A DNA stretch of 6,530 nucleotides from contig NZ_SNUY01000020.1 of NCBI RefSeq assembly GCF_004376175.1, forward strand, positions 1-6,530. Direction: 5' to 3'. The position numbers were made by a program, and so were the translations under genes. The DNA is from Halalkalibacterium halodurans. Its GTDB lineage: Bacteria > Bacillota > Bacilli > Bacillales > Bacillaceae_D. Shown here in pieces: positions 4,909 to 6,530 of this stretch (position 1 is the first letter of the stretch; each line of letters begins with the position of its first letter). A model generated the notes under the pieces. That model saw only the letters and a list, made by a program, of their open reading frames with translations. It had not been told where the DNA came from and made no database searches.

Positions 4909-6411
4909 ATGAAACCAACGTTTATTGCACACGAAACTTATCAAAACTTCGTTCTAAATCAGTTAAATGCCCATTATTCTGGCGGCATTCTTACCCTTGT
5001 TAATAAGGATTGGCCAGTAATTAAAAAGCTTTGGATAACTGATCTCTCTTCGGTAACTACATGGCTTGGTGATTCCTATTCCAAAAAGGGACCAAAGCCT
5101 CGTGACCCTGCTTCTATGATGCGTTCTTATCTGCTTTCATTATTTGTTCAACCTACAAAAGGTATTACTCATTGGGTTGATCAACTTCGTCGCGTTCCGT
5201 TGTATGCAATTCTTAGCGGTTTTGAACCCGGTGACACACCAGGTGTTGGAACATTTGAAGACTTTTTCAAACGTTTATGGGCCTTCGAAAGCCCGAATGT
5301 TATGCCGAAGGTCAAACCTAAAAAGAAAAAGTCAAAAAAGAAAAAGAAGCCTAAAAAGGGTGAAAAAGCTGAACCTAAGAATCCCGGAATTGTTCGTAAA
5401 CTCGTTGATCGGGCAATGCGTTATGGTTCCAAACAAAAACAACTGCCAGGAGACCGATTATTTGAGTTTTTTCAATCCCAATTTTTAGCGGTTTCTACGA
5501 AACTTGGTCTTCTTGGGGATCCCGAAGCTCTAGGTGTAGTTGGAGATGGGACACCAATTGAAACAGCTAGGTACCCGAGAAGTAAATCAACCTGTAATTG
5601 TAGTGCCCAAGGACTAACGAACTGTACTCACCCACGCCAGTATTCACAACCCGACATCGACTCAGGCTGGGATAGTTCTAAGGAAAAGTACTTCAACGGA
5701 TATCATCTCTACATGATATCCACTAGCGATAGCCAATACGACTTACCGCTATATCCACGGCTGCATCCTGCTTCCCGGCATGATTCAGTCAGCCTAGTGG
5801 TTAGTTCAATTGAATTTTCGCAACGGTACACCTTGGGCACGATTGATAAAATTCTTCTTGATGCAGCGCACGATGCTGAGGCCATTTATGAGCTACTTGA
5901 ACATCAAAATGTGGAACCCTTCATCGATTTAAATGTTCGAACAAAGAAGAACTTTAGTACAGAAAGTGATATTCAAATATCTCCAACAGGTGTTCCAATC
6001 TGTCCGATTGGGAAGGAGATGAAGCCCAACGGGTTTGACAAATCTCAAAATCGGCAAAAATGGCGTTGTCCACTTGCTTGCGGTACCAAAAATACATGCT
6101 CATCACCGTGTTCAAAAGCAAAATATGGTCGGACATTCCATACATTCAGAGAGGATAATCTACGATTATTTACCAAAACACCAAGGTCCTCTGAAAAGTG
6201 GAAACTTATATACAAACGAAGAACCTCTGTTGAACGTTCTAATAAAAGAGAAAAAATAGATTATCACTTGGAATCTGGACGCCACCGGTCAACAAAAATG
6301 TGGTACATTCGCCTATACGCCATAATGATGTGTCAGCACATCGATGCTTGGTACAGCAGTCAGAAAGAGCAGTTAAATATTGAAGAAATCATCTTTCCTA
6401 AAGCCGCCTAG
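4909..6411 (+). CDS. DDE transposase of the IS1182-like / IS4-IS5 superfamily (500 aa)
   Basis: A GAGGTG SD lies 5 nt upstream of the ATG. The N-terminus has an InsH/DUF772-like segment (RDPASMMRSYLLSLF...ITHWVDQLRRVPLYAILSGF). The catalytic candidates are D213 (VVGDGTPIE, nt 5545-5547), D318 (LLDAAHDAE, nt 5860-5862) and E442 (nt 6232-6234). E442 sits in a perfect Y-(2)-R-(3)-E-(6)-K signature, YKRRTSVERSNKREK. A Cys cluster, CPIGKEM...WRCPLACGTKNTCSSPCSK, lies between D2 and E, as in IS1182-type enzymes. Confidence 0.93.
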   Translation: MKPTFIAHETYQNFVLNQLNAHYSGGILTLVNKDWPVIKKLWITDLSSVTTWLGDSYSKKGPKPRDPASMMRSYLLSLFVQPTKGITHWVDQLRRVPLYAILSGFEPGDTPGVGTFEDFFKRLWAFESPNVMPKVKPKKKKSKKKKKPKKGEKAEPKNPGIVRKLVDRAMRYGSKQKQLPGDRLFEFFQSQFLAVSTKLGLLGDPEALGVVGDGTPIETARYPRSKSTCNCSAQGLTNCTHPRQYSQPDIDSGWDSSKEKYFNGYHLYMISTSDSQYDLPLYPRLHPASRHDSVSLVVSSIEFSQRYTLGTIDKILLDAAHDAEAIYELLEHQNVEPFIDLNVRTKKNFSTESDIQISPTGVPICPIGKEMKPNGFDKSQNRQKWRCPLACGTKNTCSSPCSKAKYGRTFHTFREDNLRLFTKTPRSSEKWKLIYKRRTSVERSNKREKIDYHLESGRHRSTKMWYIRLYAIMMCQHIDAWYSSQKEQLNIEEIIFPKAA

Positions 6412-6457
6412 TCAATTTTTAAAAAAATAATGGCAATAGGTTTCTTTGTCATGCACA

Positions 6458-6515
6458 TTTTTGAAAATACAATGAAAATAATGAGTGTGCAGGCCATTCC
6501 AATCCAATTTCCAGT
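6458..6515 (-). repeat. Right subterminal inverted-repeat block of the IS (TTTTTGAAAA ... AATTTCCAGT on the plus strand)
   Basis: This block holds the exact reverse complements of 4837-4846 and 4784-4793. Confidence 0.45.
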
Positions 6516-6530
6516 AATTTTGGTTCATTT

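Larger units (their letters stand above)
4781..6518 (+). mobile_element. IS1182/IS4-superfamily insertion sequence with an apparently intact transposase (ends approximate)
   Basis: It carries a single 500-aa DDE transposase ORF. Two collinear inverted-repeat pairs flank that ORF with similar spacing: ACTGGAAATT at 4784-4793 with 6506-6515, and TTTTCAAAAA at 4837-4846 with 6458-6467. The spacing is 53 nt on the left and 48 nt on the right. The true termini may lie a few nt outside these repeats or beyond position 6530. Confidence 0.6.

Noticed and set aside
5144-5488. 114-aa +1-frame ORF overlapping the transposase, considered as a possible frameshift partner
   Set aside because: It is kept open by the A-rich Lys tract. 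It has no SD and no recognisable domain, and the in-phase slippery site leads to the -1 frame rather than this one.
5954-6259. Two nested ORFs: 5954-6145 (minus) and 6035-6259 (plus)
   Set aside because: Both lie inside the transposase catalytic region in other frames and have no independent support.
6412-6530. Minus-strand frame open to the right edge (...MNQNYWKLDWNGLHTHYFHCIFKNVHDKETYCHYFFKN*)
   Set aside because: Its composition is odd and driven by AT richness. It overlaps the right-hand repeat block of the IS. It could be the tail of a gene entering from the right, but the window gives nothing to support that.
1-6530. Composite transposon formed by the two IS elements
   Set aside because: The two elements belong to unrelated families (ISL3 versus IS1182-like) with different ends, so they cannot cooperate as a composite transposon.

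Overview
This looks like a chromosomal segment from a Bacillaceae-like Firmicute. All native genes lie on the minus strand and match the Bacillus subtilis yjzC ... yjaU-yjaV-med-comZ neighbourhood as I recall it. From right to left they are: a YjzC-family small protein (4475-4654, below the ORF-track cutoff), an alpha/beta-hydrolase-fold protein (3172-3918), an extended-SDR NAD-dependent epimerase/dehydratase (2235-3140), a 57-aa two-TM peptide (2016-2189, also missing from the track), the BMP-family lipoprotein Med (882-1832) and ComZ (610-828). Two unrelated insertion sequences bracket this block. On the left is the transposase-proximal end of an ISL3-family element that runs off the edge (1 to about 532); its first 136 codons are absent from the ORF track because the frame is open at the window edge. 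On the right is an apparently intact IS1182/IS4-superfamily element with a 500-aa DDE transposase (4909-6411). About 540 bp between the hydrolase gene and yjzC has no credible ORF but holds two strong bidirectional terminator hairpins. I found no CRISPR array, tRNA, rRNA, or multi-gene defence or biosynthetic system. The points of interest are IS biology, small unlisted genes and non-coding structure. All functional calls come from by-eye motif recognition and recalled homologues; no searches were run.
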